A stretch of DNA of 64,000 nucleotides from contig DASYRR010000170.1 in NCBI GenBank assembly GCA_036004125.1, forward strand, positions 15,611-79,610, written 5' to 3'. Below the pieces are notes generated by a model that was not told the DNA's origin, did not search any database, and saw nothing but the letters and a program-made list of their open reading frames with translations. The position numbers were made by a program, and so were the translations under genes. Positions 43,801 through 55,075 of the stretch are shown here, one piece after another (position 1 is the stretch's first letter; every line of letters begins with the position of its first letter). This stretch comes from Pyrinomonadaceae bacterium. Its GTDB lineage: Bacteria; Acidobacteriota; Blastocatellia; Pyrinomonadales; Pyrinomonadaceae.

Positions 43801-43883
43801 CCGCCACAGATGAAAACGGAAGAAACGGATAAAACCAGCACTGACCTATCACCGCTTCCTTTGATCGGTATCGATCTGTGGTT
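43801..43883. repeat. imperfect inverted repeat of the CCACAGATGAA family
   Basis: CCGCCACAGATGAAAACGGAAGAAACGGATAAAACC ... CCGCTTCCTTTGATCGGTATCGATCTGTGGTT. Confidence 0.55.
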
Positions 43884-43892
43884 ATGTGTGTC

Positions 43893-45218
43893 CTATTGCT
43901 CTTCTCTGAGCCAGCTGCCTAACGCCGAGTCGTGCACGATGATGGTCTGGGTTCGTTCCGGACCGGTGGAGACAAGACCGATCTCTGTGCCGATCTGCTC
44001 GGAAAGGAAGTTCACATACGCGCGTGCTTCGGTGGGAAGGGAAGTCATTTCTGTCATCCCCAGCGTTGAACTCTTCCAACCGGGCAGTGTTGCATAAACA
44101 GGTTCGATGCGACGCAGGTCTTGTGAAACCGCGGGAAGGGAGTCGCAGGTTTTGCCGTTCAATTTGTAGCCAACACAAACTTTGATCTCGTCGAGTGTGT
44201 CGAGCACGTCGAGCTTGGTGAGTGCTACTGAAGTGAAGCCGTTGATTTCGGCCGCATAACGTGTGGCGAATGCATCGAACCAACCACAACGACGTGGACG
44301 ACCTGTAGACGCACCGTACTCGCGACCACGCTCGCGAATCATCTGACCTAGTTCCTCCTCGCCCGCGACCATTTCGGTTGGAAAAGGACCTTCACCAACG
44401 CGCGTCGTGTAGGTGCGGACAATGCCGAGGACGCCGCTGAGCCGATGGGGAGCGAGACCGGTTCCAATGATTGCACCGCCGGCAATCGTATTTGAAGAAG
44501 TAACAAAGGGATAAGTGCCGTGGTCAACGTCGAGCAACGTCGCCTGCGCCCCTTCAAGAAGTATTGATCGTCCTTCGGTAGCGGCGACGTTCAGGTAATG
44601 AGTTGTATCAGCAATAAAAGGACCGAGACGCTCGGTAAGCATAGCCATCTCGTCAAAGATCTCATTTGCATTCAAAGGAGAGCCGCCGTAGGCCTCAATG
44701 ATTCGATTGGCGTCTTCCAGATTTCGTTCGATGCGCGAACGAAGAACTTCATGTACGAGTGCATCGGCAGTTCGGATTCCGCGACGTCCGGCTTTGTCCT
44801 CGTAGGCGGGACCAATACCACGCAAGGTTGTGCCGACCTTCTCGTTGCCGAGTCGTTCTTCGCTCGTATGATCGAGCGCGCGGTGATACGGGAGGATCAG
44901 ATGTGCGCGCGAACTAATCTTTACGCGTTCCGGAGAGACTTCAATGCCTTGTTCAGTTAGTCGATCAGCTTCAACAAAAAAGGCCTTGGGATCAATGACC
45001 ATGCCATTGCCGAGCACGCAGATTTTGCCGTGATGGACGATCCCCGAGGGCAGCAGATGAAGTACAAACGATTGATCGCCAACCTGCACCGAGTGGCCCG
45101 CGTTATGACCACCCTGATAACGCACGACGATCGCGAACCGCTCAGCGAGCAAGTCAACGATCTTACCCTTTCCTTCGTCGCCCCACTGGGCGCCGATCAC
45201 TGCGATGACTTTGGACAT
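43893..45218 (-). CDS. purA: adenylosuccinate synthase
   Basis: MSKVIAVIGAQWGDEGKGKIVDLL...YQGGHNAGHSV. Confidence 0.95.
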   Translation of the reverse strand: MSKVIAVIGAQWGDEGKGKIVDLLAERFAIVVRYQGGHNAGHSVQVGDQSFVLHLLPSGIVHHGKICVLGNGMVIDPKAFFVEADRLTEQGIEVSPERVKISSRAHLILPYHRALDHTSEERLGNEKVGTTLRGIGPAYEDKAGRRGIRTADALVHEVLRSRIERNLEDANRIIEAYGGSPLNANEIFDEMAMLTERLGPFIADTTHYLNVAATEGRSILLEGAQATLLDVDHGTYPFVTSSNTIAGGAIIGTGLAPHRLSGVLGIVRTYTTRVGEGPFPTEMVAGEEELGQMIRERGREYGASTGRPRRCGWFDAFATRYAAEINGFTSVALTKLDVLDTLDEIKVCVGYKLNGKTCDSLPAVSQDLRRIEPVYATLPGWKSSTLGMTEMTSLPTEARAYVNFLSEQIGTEIGLVSTGPERTQTIIVHDSALGSWLREEQ

Positions 45219-45224
45219 AAGTTC

Positions 45225-45305
45225 ATTGCCAATTTCCGATTGCCAATTGCCGATTTATAAGAAGGGCCGAAGGGAGCGATTTTCTTCAAATCGGCAATCG
45301 GCAAT
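45225..45305. repeat. inverted repeat ATTGCCAATTTCCGATTGCCAATTGCCGATTT / AAATCGGCAATCGGCAAT
   Basis: Seen directly. Lies between the purA start and the stop of 45309..45713. Confidence 0.6.
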
Positions 45306-45308
45306 AAT

Positions 45309-45713
45309 CTAACTTGCCTTATCTAGCCTGACCGGCTTCTCAATAAAGTAGTAACTACACGTTCCGCGCACTTCCTGAATATCCCGCTGTTCGATCGGAA
45401 AGAGACGACAGGAGTTAGGCCGATTTTCGTAAATGCCGCAAAGCGACGTGCCGTCAGGATTCTTTTTAAGGAACGGGCATTTAAAGACCAGTTCACAGCA
45501 AGCGCCGCAACGATTGCACTCACCCCGTCTTAGAGCGAGCGAGGCGATAGTGTCCTGCTTACGGAAGTTCGTAATGACGAAGCGCCGGATCTTTCCTTGA
45601 GCCTGACGTGCGCGAAGTTTGGCTTCCGAGATCTTTCGGGAACGCATGCGCTGGGCGAGACCCTCTTCGATGGAGCGTTGTTTACCTTTAGTCGTTTTAC
45701 GAACAGTACTCAT
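45309..45713 (-). CDS. YkgJ-family (UPF0153) cysteine-cluster protein
   Basis: CNRCGACCELVFKCPFL...LCGIYENRPNSCRLFP. Confidence 0.75.
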   Translation of the reverse strand: MSTVRKTTKGKQRSIEEGLAQRMRSRKISEAKLRARQAQGKIRRFVITNFRKQDTIASLALRRGECNRCGACCELVFKCPFLKKNPDGTSLCGIYENRPNSCRLFPIEQRDIQEVRGTCSYYFIEKPVRLDKAS

Positions 45714-45753
45714 CTATTTAAGTAACTGCCTAGCCGGAAGATTCTACAGAACC

Positions 45754-45892
45754 AGGAGCGAAGCAACTGCACGCTGGATGTCCGATATGCTTTAGCTGGT
45801 CGTGTCGTTCCCAAGTTGCCCGCTAGTCTTGTGTGCCAACCGACGACAAGCTAAAGCATATCGGACATCCAGCGTGCAGTTGCTTCGCTCCT
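45754..45892. repeat. 139-bp palindromic element, GTCCGATATGC family (subtype TTTAGCTTGTCG)
   Basis: The arms AGGAGCGAAGCAACTGCACGCTGGATGTCCGATATGCTTTAGCT and its reverse complement are identical over 45 nt. Lies just 3' of glgA. Confidence 0.85.
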
Positions 45893-45901
45893 GATGGCGA
45901 C

Positions 45902-47329
45902 TCACACTTTCAACACTTCCTCATACAATTGCACGTACTTCTTCCCAGCAGCGGTCCAGGAATTATCGACTCGCATTCCATTCAGTTGGATCGTAGCCCA
46001 TGCGTCGGGGCGGCCGTAAAAGTAAAGGGCCTCACGTATTTTAGCAAGCAAGGCTCCAGCTTCGTATTGCTGAAACTTGAATCCGTTGCCAGCCCCACTG
46101 CCGGCGTCAAACTGTTGCACTGTGTCGTCGAGTCCGCCCGTTGCCCGCACAATTGGCACAGTTCCATACCGCATGCTGTACATCTGATTCAGACCGCATG
46201 GCTCGTAGAGCGAGGGCATCAGAAACATATCGGCGCCGGCTTCAATCTGATGCGCGAGCGGCTCGCCCGCGTAACCCTTATAGATACCCACTTGCCGCGG
46301 TGCCATGTCGTGCCAGTGCTGCAGAAAGTCTTCATATTCCGTAGCTCCTGCGCCGAGTGCGATGAAGAACGAACCTGTTTGCAAGATCGCGCGGGATAAT
46401 TCCCGGATCAAGTCGTAACCCTTCTGTCCGACAAGACGCGAAATGATCGCGAGAATTGGACGCTTGGCGTCTTCGGGCAGGTCAAACCGGCGCAGTAGAT
46501 CGAGTTTACATGTCTGCTTGCCTGATAAGTCTTCAGCAGAAAAATTTGCGGCAATGTGTGGGTCGGTTTCTGGATTCCAAACTGAGTAGTCGACGCCATT
46601 GGTTATTCCCGCGAGGCGATCTTTCCGGGAGCGCAATAACCAATCCAGACCATGACCGTGGTCAGGGGTTTGAATCTCGCGCGAGTAGCGAGGGCTAACG
46701 GTGGAAAGCGCATCCGCTGCAATGATTCCCGCTTTCAGTGCCGACGCCGTCCGACTCAACATGAAATCATTACTATCTGGCGGGTCACCGAAACCGAGCC
46801 ACCATAGATCTCGTGGATCGAAGAGACCCTGGTAACCAACATTGTGGAGGGAGAACAAAGTTCGGGTTGCCTGAAAGAACGGATCATGGCGACGGCGAGC
46901 TCGCAATTCAGCGATAGCAAACCCACAGGGCCAGTCGTTTCCGTGGACCACATCTGCACGCCATTCCAGATGTTTTAGAAGCGCAAGCGCCGCCCGTGAA
47001 AAGAAGGCAAACCTGATGTGGTCATCGCTATATCCGTAGATGTTGGGACGGGCAAAGAATTCTGGAGCTTCGATCAAATAAGTCGGCGCGCCCGCCGCAT
47101 CACTCTGACGCGCACGAATGGGATGTACTTGACCGCGCCACTCGACGCGAATGCCGTCAATTACTTCGTCGGTGAGTAAGCTTCGTTCAATTTGATCGAA
47201 AAGTGGAAGGATTAACTTGACGTCTACCTTATGTTCGAGCAGCGCTTTGGGCAGGGCACCTGACACATCAGCGAGTCCGCCGGTTTTGGCGAAAGGCATT
47301 GCTTCGGATGTCAGGATTGCCACACGCAT
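45902..47329 (-). CDS. glgA: glycogen synthase (ADP-glucose type)
   Basis: MRVAILTSEAMPFAKTGGLADVSGALPKAL... Confidence 0.9.
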   Translation of the reverse strand: MRVAILTSEAMPFAKTGGLADVSGALPKALLEHKVDVKLILPLFDQIERSLLTDEVIDGIRVEWRGQVHPIRARQSDAAGAPTYLIEAPEFFARPNIYGYSDDHIRFAFFSRAALALLKHLEWRADVVHGNDWPCGFAIAELRARRRHDPFFQATRTLFSLHNVGYQGLFDPRDLWWLGFGDPPDSNDFMLSRTASALKAGIIAADALSTVSPRYSREIQTPDHGHGLDWLLRSRKDRLAGITNGVDYSVWNPETDPHIAANFSAEDLSGKQTCKLDLLRRFDLPEDAKRPILAIISRLVGQKGYDLIRELSRAILQTGSFFIALGAGATEYEDFLQHWHDMAPRQVGIYKGYAGEPLAHQIEAGADMFLMPSLYEPCGLNQMYSMRYGTVPIVRATGGLDDTVQQFDAGSGAGNGFKFQQYEAGALLAKIREALYFYGRPDAWATIQLNGMRVDNSWTAAGKKYVQLYEEVLKV

Positions 47330-47345
47330 TTGGATTTCATCTTAT

Positions 47346-47432
47346 CTCTGTGAAACTCTGAGTCTCCGTGTCTCTGTGGTTATCGAGGCCTTACTTCACC
47401 ACAGAGACACGGAGACACAGAGTTTCACAGAG
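47346..47432. repeat. palindromic element, CACAGAGACAC family
   Basis: CTCTGTGAAACTCTGAGTCTCCGTGTCTCTGTGG ... CCACAGAGACACGGAGACACAGAGTTTCACAGAG. Lies between rho and glgA. Confidence 0.85.
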
Positions 47433-47540
47433 GAGAAGAGCGCAATCAGACGTAAAGGCGAAAGGATCAATTTGATTGTCCTTTCGCCTTTTATTCGAAA
47501 GTACTGATTTCGAAAGGAACACAGACTGAGGTCTGTGCCA

Positions 47541-48959
47541 CTAACTCTGCATCGAAGCCAGAAACTCGGCGTTCGACTTCGTCTTTTCCAGCCGCTCGAG
47601 CACAACTTCCATCTGCTCAACAGGTGACAGCGGATTTAAAACACGTCGCATCACCCAGATACGATTCAAGTCTTCCTTGCTGATCAGCAACTCTTCCTTG
47701 CGTGTTCCTGAACGCTGCAAATCTATTGCTGGGAACAGGCGCTTATCGCTCAAGCGTCTATCGAGGTGGATTTCAGAGTTACCGGTACCTTTAAATTCTT
47801 CGAAAATAACGTCGTCCATGCGTGAACCAGTATCAATCAAAGCGGTGGCGATGATGGTTAATGATCCGCCTTCTTCGATATTTCGCGCGGCGCCGAAAAA
47901 CCGTTTCGGTCGTTGCAAGGCGTTGGAATCAATACCACCAGAAAGGATCTTGCCGCTAGGCGGGACGACAGCGTTGTGGGCTCGGGCCAGACGAGTAATC
48001 GAGTCGAGGAGGATGACCACGTCGCGTTTGTGCTCGACCAGGCGCTTGGCTTTTTCGATCACCATGTCGGCAACCTGAACGTGGCGTGTCGGAGGTTCGT
48101 CAAACGTCGAGGAGATCACCTCGCCGTTTACCGAGCGCTGCATATCAGTAACTTCTTCCGGGCGTTCATCGATCAACAAGACGATCAAAGTGGTTTCCGG
48201 ATGGTTTTGGGTCACCGAATTCGCGATGGTCTGCAACAACATCGTTTTTCCGGTGCGCGGTGGTGCGACAATCAATCCGCGTTGTCCCTTTCCGAGCGGT
48301 GTTACCAGATCGATGACACGTGCCGACAGATTTTCGTTTGACGTCTCCATCTTCAGTTGTTCTTCAGGATAGAGCGGTGTCAGGTTGTCGAAGAAGACTT
48401 TCTCGCGAGCCTGATCGGGAGATTCAAAGTTGATAGCCTCGACCTTGATCAGCGCGAAGTAGCGTTCACCTTCTTTCGGTGGACGAATTTGTCCGCTAAC
48501 CGTATCGCCGGTACGCAGGTCAAATTTTCGGATCTGGGATGGGGAAACGTATATATCGTCCGGCCCTGGCAAATAGTTGTACTCCGGTGCGCGCAAAAAG
48601 CCGAAGCCGTCTGGTAGGGTTTCCAGCACCCCCTCTGAAAATATGAGACCGCTCTTTTCGGTCTGGGCGGCCAATACTTTGAAGATGAGCTCCTGCTTCC
48701 GCATGCCGGTTGCGCCAGGAACGTCCATGGTTTTCGCAATTGACGTGAGCTTGGAGATCGACATCTCCTTCAAATCGGCGAGATTATGAAAGCCTTCGTT
48801 CTTGCCATCTCGAGATTCTCGAGCGTCGCGTTCGGGGGCTTCCGCAGTTGCTACAGTTCCGCCGGTATCTTCACCATTGGCTTCGTTGTTCGCGCTCGAT
48901 GCGCGTGAACGTGTTCTTTGTGACATGTCAGTGTTCTCTAACGATCTCTGCTGCAACAA
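47541..48959 (-). CDS. rho: transcription termination factor Rho (with about 60-aa polar N-terminal extension)
   Basis: [17 protein letters not shown] Walker A. Rho_N motif [16 protein letters not shown]. The start may be the internal MSQRTRS (48926). Confidence 0.9.
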   Translation of the reverse strand: MLQQRSLENTDMSQRTRSRASSANNEANGEDTGGTVATAEAPERDARESRDGKNEGFHNLADLKEMSISKLTSIAKTMDVPGATGMRKQELIFKVLAAQTEKSGLIFSEGVLETLPDGFGFLRAPEYNYLPGPDDIYVSPSQIRKFDLRTGDTVSGQIRPPKEGERYFALIKVEAINFESPDQAREKVFFDNLTPLYPEEQLKMETSNENLSARVIDLVTPLGKGQRGLIVAPPRTGKTMLLQTIANSVTQNHPETTLIVLLIDERPEEVTDMQRSVNGEVISSTFDEPPTRHVQVADMVIEKAKRLVEHKRDVVILLDSITRLARAHNAVVPPSGKILSGGIDSNALQRPKRFFGAARNIEEGGSLTIIATALIDTGSRMDDVIFEEFKGTGNSEIHLDRRLSDKRLFPAIDLQRSGTRKEELLISKEDLNRIWVMRRVLNPLSPVEQMEVVLERLEKTKSNAEFLASMQS

Positions 48960-49257
48960 GTCGTGCAGCTTAAATTACCTGGGCGTTGGAAGTGACTATT
49001 GAGTGGTTATGGCGATGATGGGTTGCGAGTTACCTCTCACTTCATTCACGAGGCGTAACGCAATTCTCCTCAACGGTGTTATTCAAGTTTACTCGGGTGG
49101 CAAATTCAGCATCGTTTTTGATGCCACCGACTCAGCGCGCGTGGCCCAAAAAACTCAGATTGACCAAAAGGGGGCTTATGAGATTTTCGAATTGCCGATT
49201 TCTTTCAGGATACTAGCTAGCCAACACAAAGCGCAAACGTCAAACAGAACTAAACCG

Positions 49258-49833
49258 TCACGATATTGCACTTTTTATCGCACGCCAAAGTTCGTCACGA
49301 CCGCGGCCGGTCTTGGCGGAATAGGCCAATATGCTGTCATCTTCGAGCACGGATCCTATGTGCTCCAGGTTCTTTCTCAACTCGTTGTTAGAAAGCTTAT
49401 CGGATTTTGTGGCAACCAATAGTCGCGGCTTGTTACTGTGTTCAAGCCATTCGTGAAGTTGCAAATCCTGTTTTGTGGGTTCGTGGCGCGAATCTACGAT
49501 TTGAATTGATAGCACAAGCTGGCGGCGCTTGGCAAGGTAGCTTGTGACCATCTCTCCCCAGGTGGATCTGATGTCTTGGGGTACGCGTGCATAGCCAAAA
49601 CCCGGCAAATCCACGAACCGAAAGCGATCATTAATCGAGAAAAAATTCAACGACTGAGTCCTGCCCGGCGTTGACGATGTGCGCGCCAGACCACGCACCG
49701 AAAGCAGGGAGTTGATCAGGCTCGACTTACCCACGTTCGAACGACCCAGAAAAGCTATTTCCGGCTTCGCATCTGGTGGCCAATCGCTCTCTTTGAAGGC
49801 GCTTTTGACAAACTCGGCACTGCTAACCTTCAT
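49258..49833 (-). CDS. engB: ribosome biogenesis GTP-binding protein YihA/EngB
   Basis: IAFLGRSNVGKSSLINSLL, DLPGFGYA, ATKSDKL. Uses the internal ATG of ORF 49258..50031. Confidence 0.85.
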   Translation of the reverse strand: MKVSSAEFVKSAFKESDWPPDAKPEIAFLGRSNVGKSSLINSLLSVRGLARTSSTPGRTQSLNFFSINDRFRFVDLPGFGYARVPQDIRSTWGEMVTSYLAKRRQLVLSIQIVDSRHEPTKQDLQLHEWLEHSNKPRLLVATKSDKLSNNELRKNLEHIGSVLEDDSILAYSAKTGRGRDELWRAIKSAIS

Positions 49834-49897
49834 CCTGTTTGTCGATTGAATTTGAGCGGGTCCTCGGCTAAAAGACGAGGACCCACAAGCGTGAACT

Positions 49898-50350
49898 TCA
49901 GTTGCCAACCGCAGCGGCCTGGGCATTGCGCTGCTGCCAGGCGGCGATGAGTTTCTGAATGCGATCTCGAACAGCCGCGAGCCTCTCCTCGTAGTCGGGA
50001 AGGGCTTTAACGGTCTTTTCGAGGTGAGCAAGAAACTGGGGAAGTCCCATCTGTTCTCTCAGCACTGGAATCCACGGTTCCATCTTGGCGTAAACAAAGA
50101 TGTGCTCTCCATTGGCATCATTGAACATTTGAGCGTCGATAGCTCCATTATTTACGAGTGAGCACGCCATATCCCAGTATGAAATCACCATGCGATAGTG
50201 ACCGCTCTTATCGCTGGTCAGTACGTCCAGAAAATCTTGCGGACCTTGCGGGTTAAAAGTGAAAAACCAATTGCGGGCCTCGCGCATGAGCGATTCACGC
50301 CGCAGGTCGTATAGTTTAAGAATCAGGTCAGCTTCTTCTTGTTTACTCAT
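49898..50350 (-). CDS. conserved hypothetical protein
   Basis: 150-aa ORF, co-directional between lon and engB. No motif recognised. Confidence 0.5.
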   Translation of the reverse strand: MSKQEEADLILKLYDLRRESLMREARNWFFTFNPQGPQDFLDVLTSDKSGHYRMVISYWDMACSLVNNGAIDAQMFNDANGEHIFVYAKMEPWIPVLREQMGLPQFLAHLEKTVKALPDYEERLAAVRDRIQKLIAAWQQRNAQAAAVGN

Positions 50351-50575
50351 TTAGCTCTCCTAGCTTGGTAGTTTTTCCACATTCCAGAAATAGAACTCTC
50401 ACGACTGACCGCGAGAATTCTCGATGAAAACAGGGGAAACGTTAACTACGCCGTATATTGGTTTCAATCTGAAGCGTAGACAAGAACTCCAATTAGGGCG
50501 TTACTAGTCTCGTCACCAATTGGCGTGAAGAGACTCCTCCCCCGAGACTGAGTCGATATTTGACTCGATGGATTC

Positions 50576-52993
50576 TTAGCTGGTTTGAATACCTTGCGAT
50601 GGCTGCTCAGTTGTCCACAACGGAGGAGCCTCGGTTGCTGCATCAGTCGGACAAGCGTCCTCGAGTGCAATCGCCAGCACCTCATCGATCGTGTCGACGA
50701 TATGGATGCAAAGGGCGTTGCGAACCTCTTCGGGGACTTCGACCAAGTCCTTTTCGTTGTCCTTCGGCAGAATGATTGTGTCGATGCCGAAGCGGTGAGC
50801 AGCAAGTAACTTTTCTTTGACGCCGCCAATTGGCAACACCCGGCCGCGCAATGTGATCTCTCCCGTCATGGCAACATTCCTTTTAACTGGAGCGCGCGAC
50901 AGGGCTGATGCCATTGCGGTGGCCATAGTGATACCAGCTGAAGGACCGTCCTTAGGAATGGCACCTTCAGGAATGTGTATGTGCAAGTCGCGTTTGCGTA
51001 TGAAGTCTAAACTCATTCCCAGGCGTTCAGCGCGGGCCTTGATACAGGTCAGAGCCGCTTGTGCTGACTCCTGCATGACTTCACCCAGTTTGCCAGTCAG
51101 AGTGACACCGCCTCGGCCCTTAATGAGCGTGGCTTCGATTTGCAGAACCTCGCCGCCAACTTCCGTCCAGGCCAATCCCGTTGCCAGACCGATTTCACTT
51201 TCGGCAGCAATGCCTTGTTGACGAAACTTGATGGGTCCAAGCATTTCGCGAACGCGTTCGGCATCGATGGTTGCTTTGGCCCCTTCGCCGCTTTGCTCGG
51301 AGACAAACTTGCGCGCAACTTTTCGGCAGCAGGATCCGATTTCACGTTCCAGATTCCTAACACCGGATTCACGTGTGTAATGTCGTATGACTTCGAGAAT
51401 GCCTTCGTCGGTGAACTCGAGTTGCTCGGTTTTTAACCCGTTGCCATCAGCCTGCTTTGGAACCAGGTGACGTTTGGCGATCTCCAGCTTTTCGCGCTCG
51501 GTGTAACCAGACAGACGCAGAATCTCGAGACGATCCTGTAGCGCAGGGGGAATTGTGTGGAGCACATTCCCAGTTGCGATAAAGAAAACCTTTGATAAGT
51601 CGTATTCGACGTCGAGGTAGTGATCCTGGAACGTATGGTTCTGTTCGGGATCGAGCACCTCAAGTAACGCCGCACTCGGGTCGCCCCGGAAATCGGCCCC
51701 GAGTTTGTCGACCTCATCAAGCAGGAGCACAGGGTTAACCGTGCCTGCTTTCTTCATCATCTGAATTATTTGGCCCGGCAAGGCGCCGATGTAAGTTCGC
51801 CGATGACCACGAATCTCAGCTTCGTCGCGCACTCCGCCAAGTGACAAACGAACAAATTTTCTGCCAGTAGCGCGAGCGATAGACTTGCCCAGGCTCGTTT
51901 TACCAACTCCCGGCGGCCCTACGAAGCAGAGAATAGAACCGCGGGGGTTTTTCACGAGCTGACGAACGGCGAGATATTCAAGAATTCGTTCTTTGATTTT
52001 CTCGAGACCGAAATGATCCTCGTTCAGAACCTCTTCCGCCTTTGTTAGATCCTTGATCTCTTTTGACTTTGGCTTCCAGGGTACACTTATCAGCCAATCA
52101 ATATAAGTTCGAGAAACAGTGCCCTCGGCAGACATTGGCGGCATGGCTTCAAGACGATGCAGTTCCTGCATAGCCTTCTCTTTCGCCTCATCAGTCATGC
52201 CAGCTTCTTCGATCTTCTTCTTCAGTTCCTCGAGTTCAGCTTTCTCGTCCTTACGGCCAAGTTCTTTGTGAATCGCCTTTATTTGCTCGTTGAGGTAGTA
52301 CTCCTTTTGAGCCTTTTCCATCTGACGCTTCACACGAGTCTGGATTGTGCGATCCAATTGACGTTTCTCGATCTCTGTCTCGAGCAACTCAATCAGTCTT
52401 TGCAAACGTGCCTGAGTCGAGAAGATTTCAAGTAGTCCTTGCTTGTCCTCAACCGAGATCTTTAGTTGTGACGCAAGAGCATCTGCGAGGTGCGAAGGTT
52501 CTTGATTCCGCAGCGCAGTCTGTAAGGCATCGGTTTGAGTGTCAGGAGCTAGACGGAGATGTTGCTCGACGAGTTGACCGACTTTTTGGATAAGTGCGTC
52601 TAAACGAGTTCCTTCTTCATTTACCGCCGGTGCACGACGAACGAGAGCCATGAAAGCTCCGTCCGTGTTCTCAACTCGAACAGTAGTTGCCCGCTCACGT
52701 CCTTCAACGACGACCTTGATTTGGCCGTTGTCTTGTTTTTGAGACTGAAGAATCTTTCCGAGTGTTCCTACTCCGTAAATCTGTTCGGGAGACGGCTCGT
52801 CGACGGTTGCGTCGTGCTGAGTTGCTAGGAAAATTGTACGGTCAGTGGCTAGGGCTTGTTCGAGTGCGCGAACGGAACCAGACCGACCTATTTTGAAAGC
52901 GACTTTTGTAAAGGGAAAGATAACGACGTCCCGGATTGGTACCATCGGATACCAGGCGACATCGGCGGGGGTTCTGTCTGAATATTCTTCCAT
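50576..52993 (-). CDS. lon: ATP-dependent Lon protease
   Basis: [15 protein letters not shown] Walker [18 protein letters not shown] catalytic Ser region. Confidence 0.95.
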   Translation of the reverse strand: MEEYSDRTPADVAWYPMVPIRDVVIFPFTKVAFKIGRSGSVRALEQALATDRTIFLATQHDATVDEPSPEQIYGVGTLGKILQSQKQDNGQIKVVVEGRERATTVRVENTDGAFMALVRRAPAVNEEGTRLDALIQKVGQLVEQHLRLAPDTQTDALQTALRNQEPSHLADALASQLKISVEDKQGLLEIFSTQARLQRLIELLETEIEKRQLDRTIQTRVKRQMEKAQKEYYLNEQIKAIHKELGRKDEKAELEELKKKIEEAGMTDEAKEKAMQELHRLEAMPPMSAEGTVSRTYIDWLISVPWKPKSKEIKDLTKAEEVLNEDHFGLEKIKERILEYLAVRQLVKNPRGSILCFVGPPGVGKTSLGKSIARATGRKFVRLSLGGVRDEAEIRGHRRTYIGALPGQIIQMMKKAGTVNPVLLLDEVDKLGADFRGDPSAALLEVLDPEQNHTFQDHYLDVEYDLSKVFFIATGNVLHTIPPALQDRLEILRLSGYTEREKLEIAKRHLVPKQADGNGLKTEQLEFTDEGILEVIRHYTRESGVRNLEREIGSCCRKVARKFVSEQSGEGAKATIDAERVREMLGPIKFRQQGIAAESEIGLATGLAWTEVGGEVLQIEATLIKGRGGVTLTGKLGEVMQESAQAALTCIKARAERLGMSLDFIRKRDLHIHIPEGAIPKDGPSAGITMATAMASALSRAPVKRNVAMTGEITLRGRVLPIGGVKEKLLAAHRFGIDTIILPKDNEKDLVEVPEEVRNALCIHIVDTIDEVLAIALEDACPTDAATEAPPLWTTEQPSQGIQTS

Positions 52994-53135
52994 GGTTGTG
53001 AATGCTATTTTTAGGCCTTTGCAACAAAGGCGAGCCGCTAAACTGCCGTCTCGCCTTAATCTAAAAGATGGCTAATTGTAAATCATTTCCGGTAGGTTCG
53101 CTACTTTGTTGCAGGAAAAGCTTTTGATTGGTCGT

Positions 53136-54380
53136 TCAGGCAGCCGCACCGTCGATACCGGTTAGCCCTTCGCCAGGAACCGCGCGCCGGCGTTCAACCA
53201 TTTCGCTGGTTATGACGAATTCTTTGACGCGCTTCTGCGAGGGCAGGGTGTACATCGCGTCGAGTAGGAGTTCCTCAAGGATCATCATCAGTCCACGGGC
53301 CCCAACCTTACGTTCAACAGCCTGTCGGGCGACTGATTTGAGCGCATCTTCCGTGAACTTCAACTTTACATTGTCGAAGTCAAACTTTTTCTGGTACTGC
53401 TTGACGAGAGCGTTTTTCGGTTCGGTCAGGATCTTTATGAGGGCGCCTTCATCGAGCTCATGAAGGACTCCAGCCACGGGCAGGCGTCCAACAAATTCGG
53501 GAATTAAGCCAAAACGAATCAAATCCTCCGGCTGCACTGCCGCTAGCGCCTCCGCATGACGGTGCATTCCAGATTTTACTTCGGCGTGAAAACCCAGTGA
53601 TTTATTCCGGAGACGTCGCTCAATGACCTTTTCGAGGCCAACAAAAGCGCCCCCACAGATGAACAGGATATTCGTTGTATCAACTGGGAAAAACTCCTGA
53701 TGTGGGTGTTTGCGTCCGCCCTGGGGAGGCACATTTGCAACCGTTCCCTCGAGAATCTTCAAAAGGGCTTGCTGAACGCCTTCACCCGACACGTCACGCG
53801 TAATCGATGGGTTTTCGTCTTTGCGACAGATCTTGTCGACTTCGTCGATATAAATAATGCCTTGTTGAGCGCGTTCGACATCACCATTCGCGGCCTGAAG
53901 AAGTTTGAGAATGATGTTCTCAACGTCCTCACCGACATACCCAGCCTCCGTCAATGTTGTCGCGTCGACGATGGTAAAGGGAACGCTAAGCATGCGGGCC
54001 AGCGTCTGTGCCAGTAACGTCTTGCCGGTACCGGTCGGGCCGATCAGCAGGATGTTCGCTTTTTGGATTTCAACATCGGAACGGCGACGACCCAGCTCGA
54101 TCCTTTTGTAGTGTTGATACACAGCAACGGCCAGGCGCTTCTTGGTTTCATCCTGGCCGATCACGTATTCATCTAGAAAGTTTTTGATCTCCCCTGGCTT
54201 AGGTAGGGGAGGACGAGTAGCTACTGACTCCGCCTGTTGATCATCAGTAATGATCTCGTTGCAAATGTCGATGCATTCGTTACAAATGTAGACGGTAGGA
54301 CCCGCGATGAGCTTCTTGACTTCATTCTGCGATTTACCGCAGAACGAACAACGTAGGGTGTCGTCGGTTCGTCTCACCAT
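53136..54380 (-). CDS. clpX: ATP-dependent Clp protease ATP-binding subunit ClpX
   Basis: [18 protein letters not shown] zinc finger. [15 protein letters not shown]. Confidence 0.95.
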   Translation of the reverse strand: MVRRTDDTLRCSFCGKSQNEVKKLIAGPTVYICNECIDICNEIITDDQQAESVATRPPLPKPGEIKNFLDEYVIGQDETKKRLAVAVYQHYKRIELGRRRSDVEIQKANILLIGPTGTGKTLLAQTLARMLSVPFTIVDATTLTEAGYVGEDVENIILKLLQAANGDVERAQQGIIYIDEVDKICRKDENPSITRDVSGEGVQQALLKILEGTVANVPPQGGRKHPHQEFFPVDTTNILFICGGAFVGLEKVIERRLRNKSLGFHAEVKSGMHRHAEALAAVQPEDLIRFGLIPEFVGRLPVAGVLHELDEGALIKILTEPKNALVKQYQKKFDFDNVKLKFTEDALKSVARQAVERKVGARGLMMILEELLLDAMYTLPSQKRVKEFVITSEMVERRRAVPGEGLTGIDGAAA

Positions 54381-54418
54381 AATCTACCGAAAGATTGCTC
54401 CTTGGGGAATTTCGCGCT

Positions 54419-55003
54419 CTACTCGCGGTGCGCAATGACCTCGTCTATTAAACCATATTCTTTGGCTTGCTTGGCAGACATTATTTTGTCGCGTTCAACA
54501 TCGCGCTCGACGTTCTCGTACGACTGGCCGGTATGCTTTGCGATAATCTGCGAAGTGAGTTCGCGCATGCGGAGGATTTCTTCGGCTTGGATGCGGATGT
54601 CAGTAGCTTGACCCTGCGATCCGCCTGAGGGCTGGTGAATTAGAATTCGGGAATTCGGCAGGGCAAATCGTTTTCCTTTGGCGCCAGCTGCAAGCAGGAG
54701 CGCACCCATTGAAGCGCACTGCCCGACACAGATTGTGGTCACGTCTGGTCGAATAAACTGCATCGTATCGTAGATGGCCATTCCAGCTGTGATCGATCCG
54801 CCCGGCGAATTAATGTAGACGTTGATGTCTTTTTCCGGATCCTCAGCTTCCAGGAATAGCAGCTGAGCCACGATCAGGTTGGCAATCTGATCATCGATCG
54901 GAGTACCAAGGAAGATGATGTTGTCTTTCAGTAGTCGCGAGTAGATATCGAAGGCGCGTTCGCCTCGCGAAGTTTGCTCGACTACCATCGGGACTAAAGC
55001 CAT
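54419..55003 (-). CDS. clpP: ATP-dependent Clp protease proteolytic subunit
   Basis: [22 protein letters not shown]...[14 protein letters not shown]. Confidence 0.95.
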   Translation of the reverse strand: MALVPMVVEQTSRGERAFDIYSRLLKDNIIFLGTPIDDQIANLIVAQLLFLEAEDPEKDINVYINSPGGSITAGMAIYDTMQFIRPDVTTICVGQCASMGALLLAAGAKGKRFALPNSRILIHQPSGGSQGQATDIRIQAEEILRMRELTSQIIAKHTGQSYENVERDVERDKIMSAKQAKEYGLIDEVIAHRE

Positions 55004-55075
55004 AAAAGTCTAACCTCGTTCAAAAGCAGATTAATGAGAAGGGCGATGAGTTAAACTCACTTCGCGTGGAAGAAG

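Noticed and set aside
53026-53056. Hairpin AAGGCGAG...CTCGCCTT between clpX and lon, considered as a terminator or attenuator.
   Set aside because: It has a large 15-nt loop and no clear U-tract on the minus strand. The evidence is too weak to annotate.
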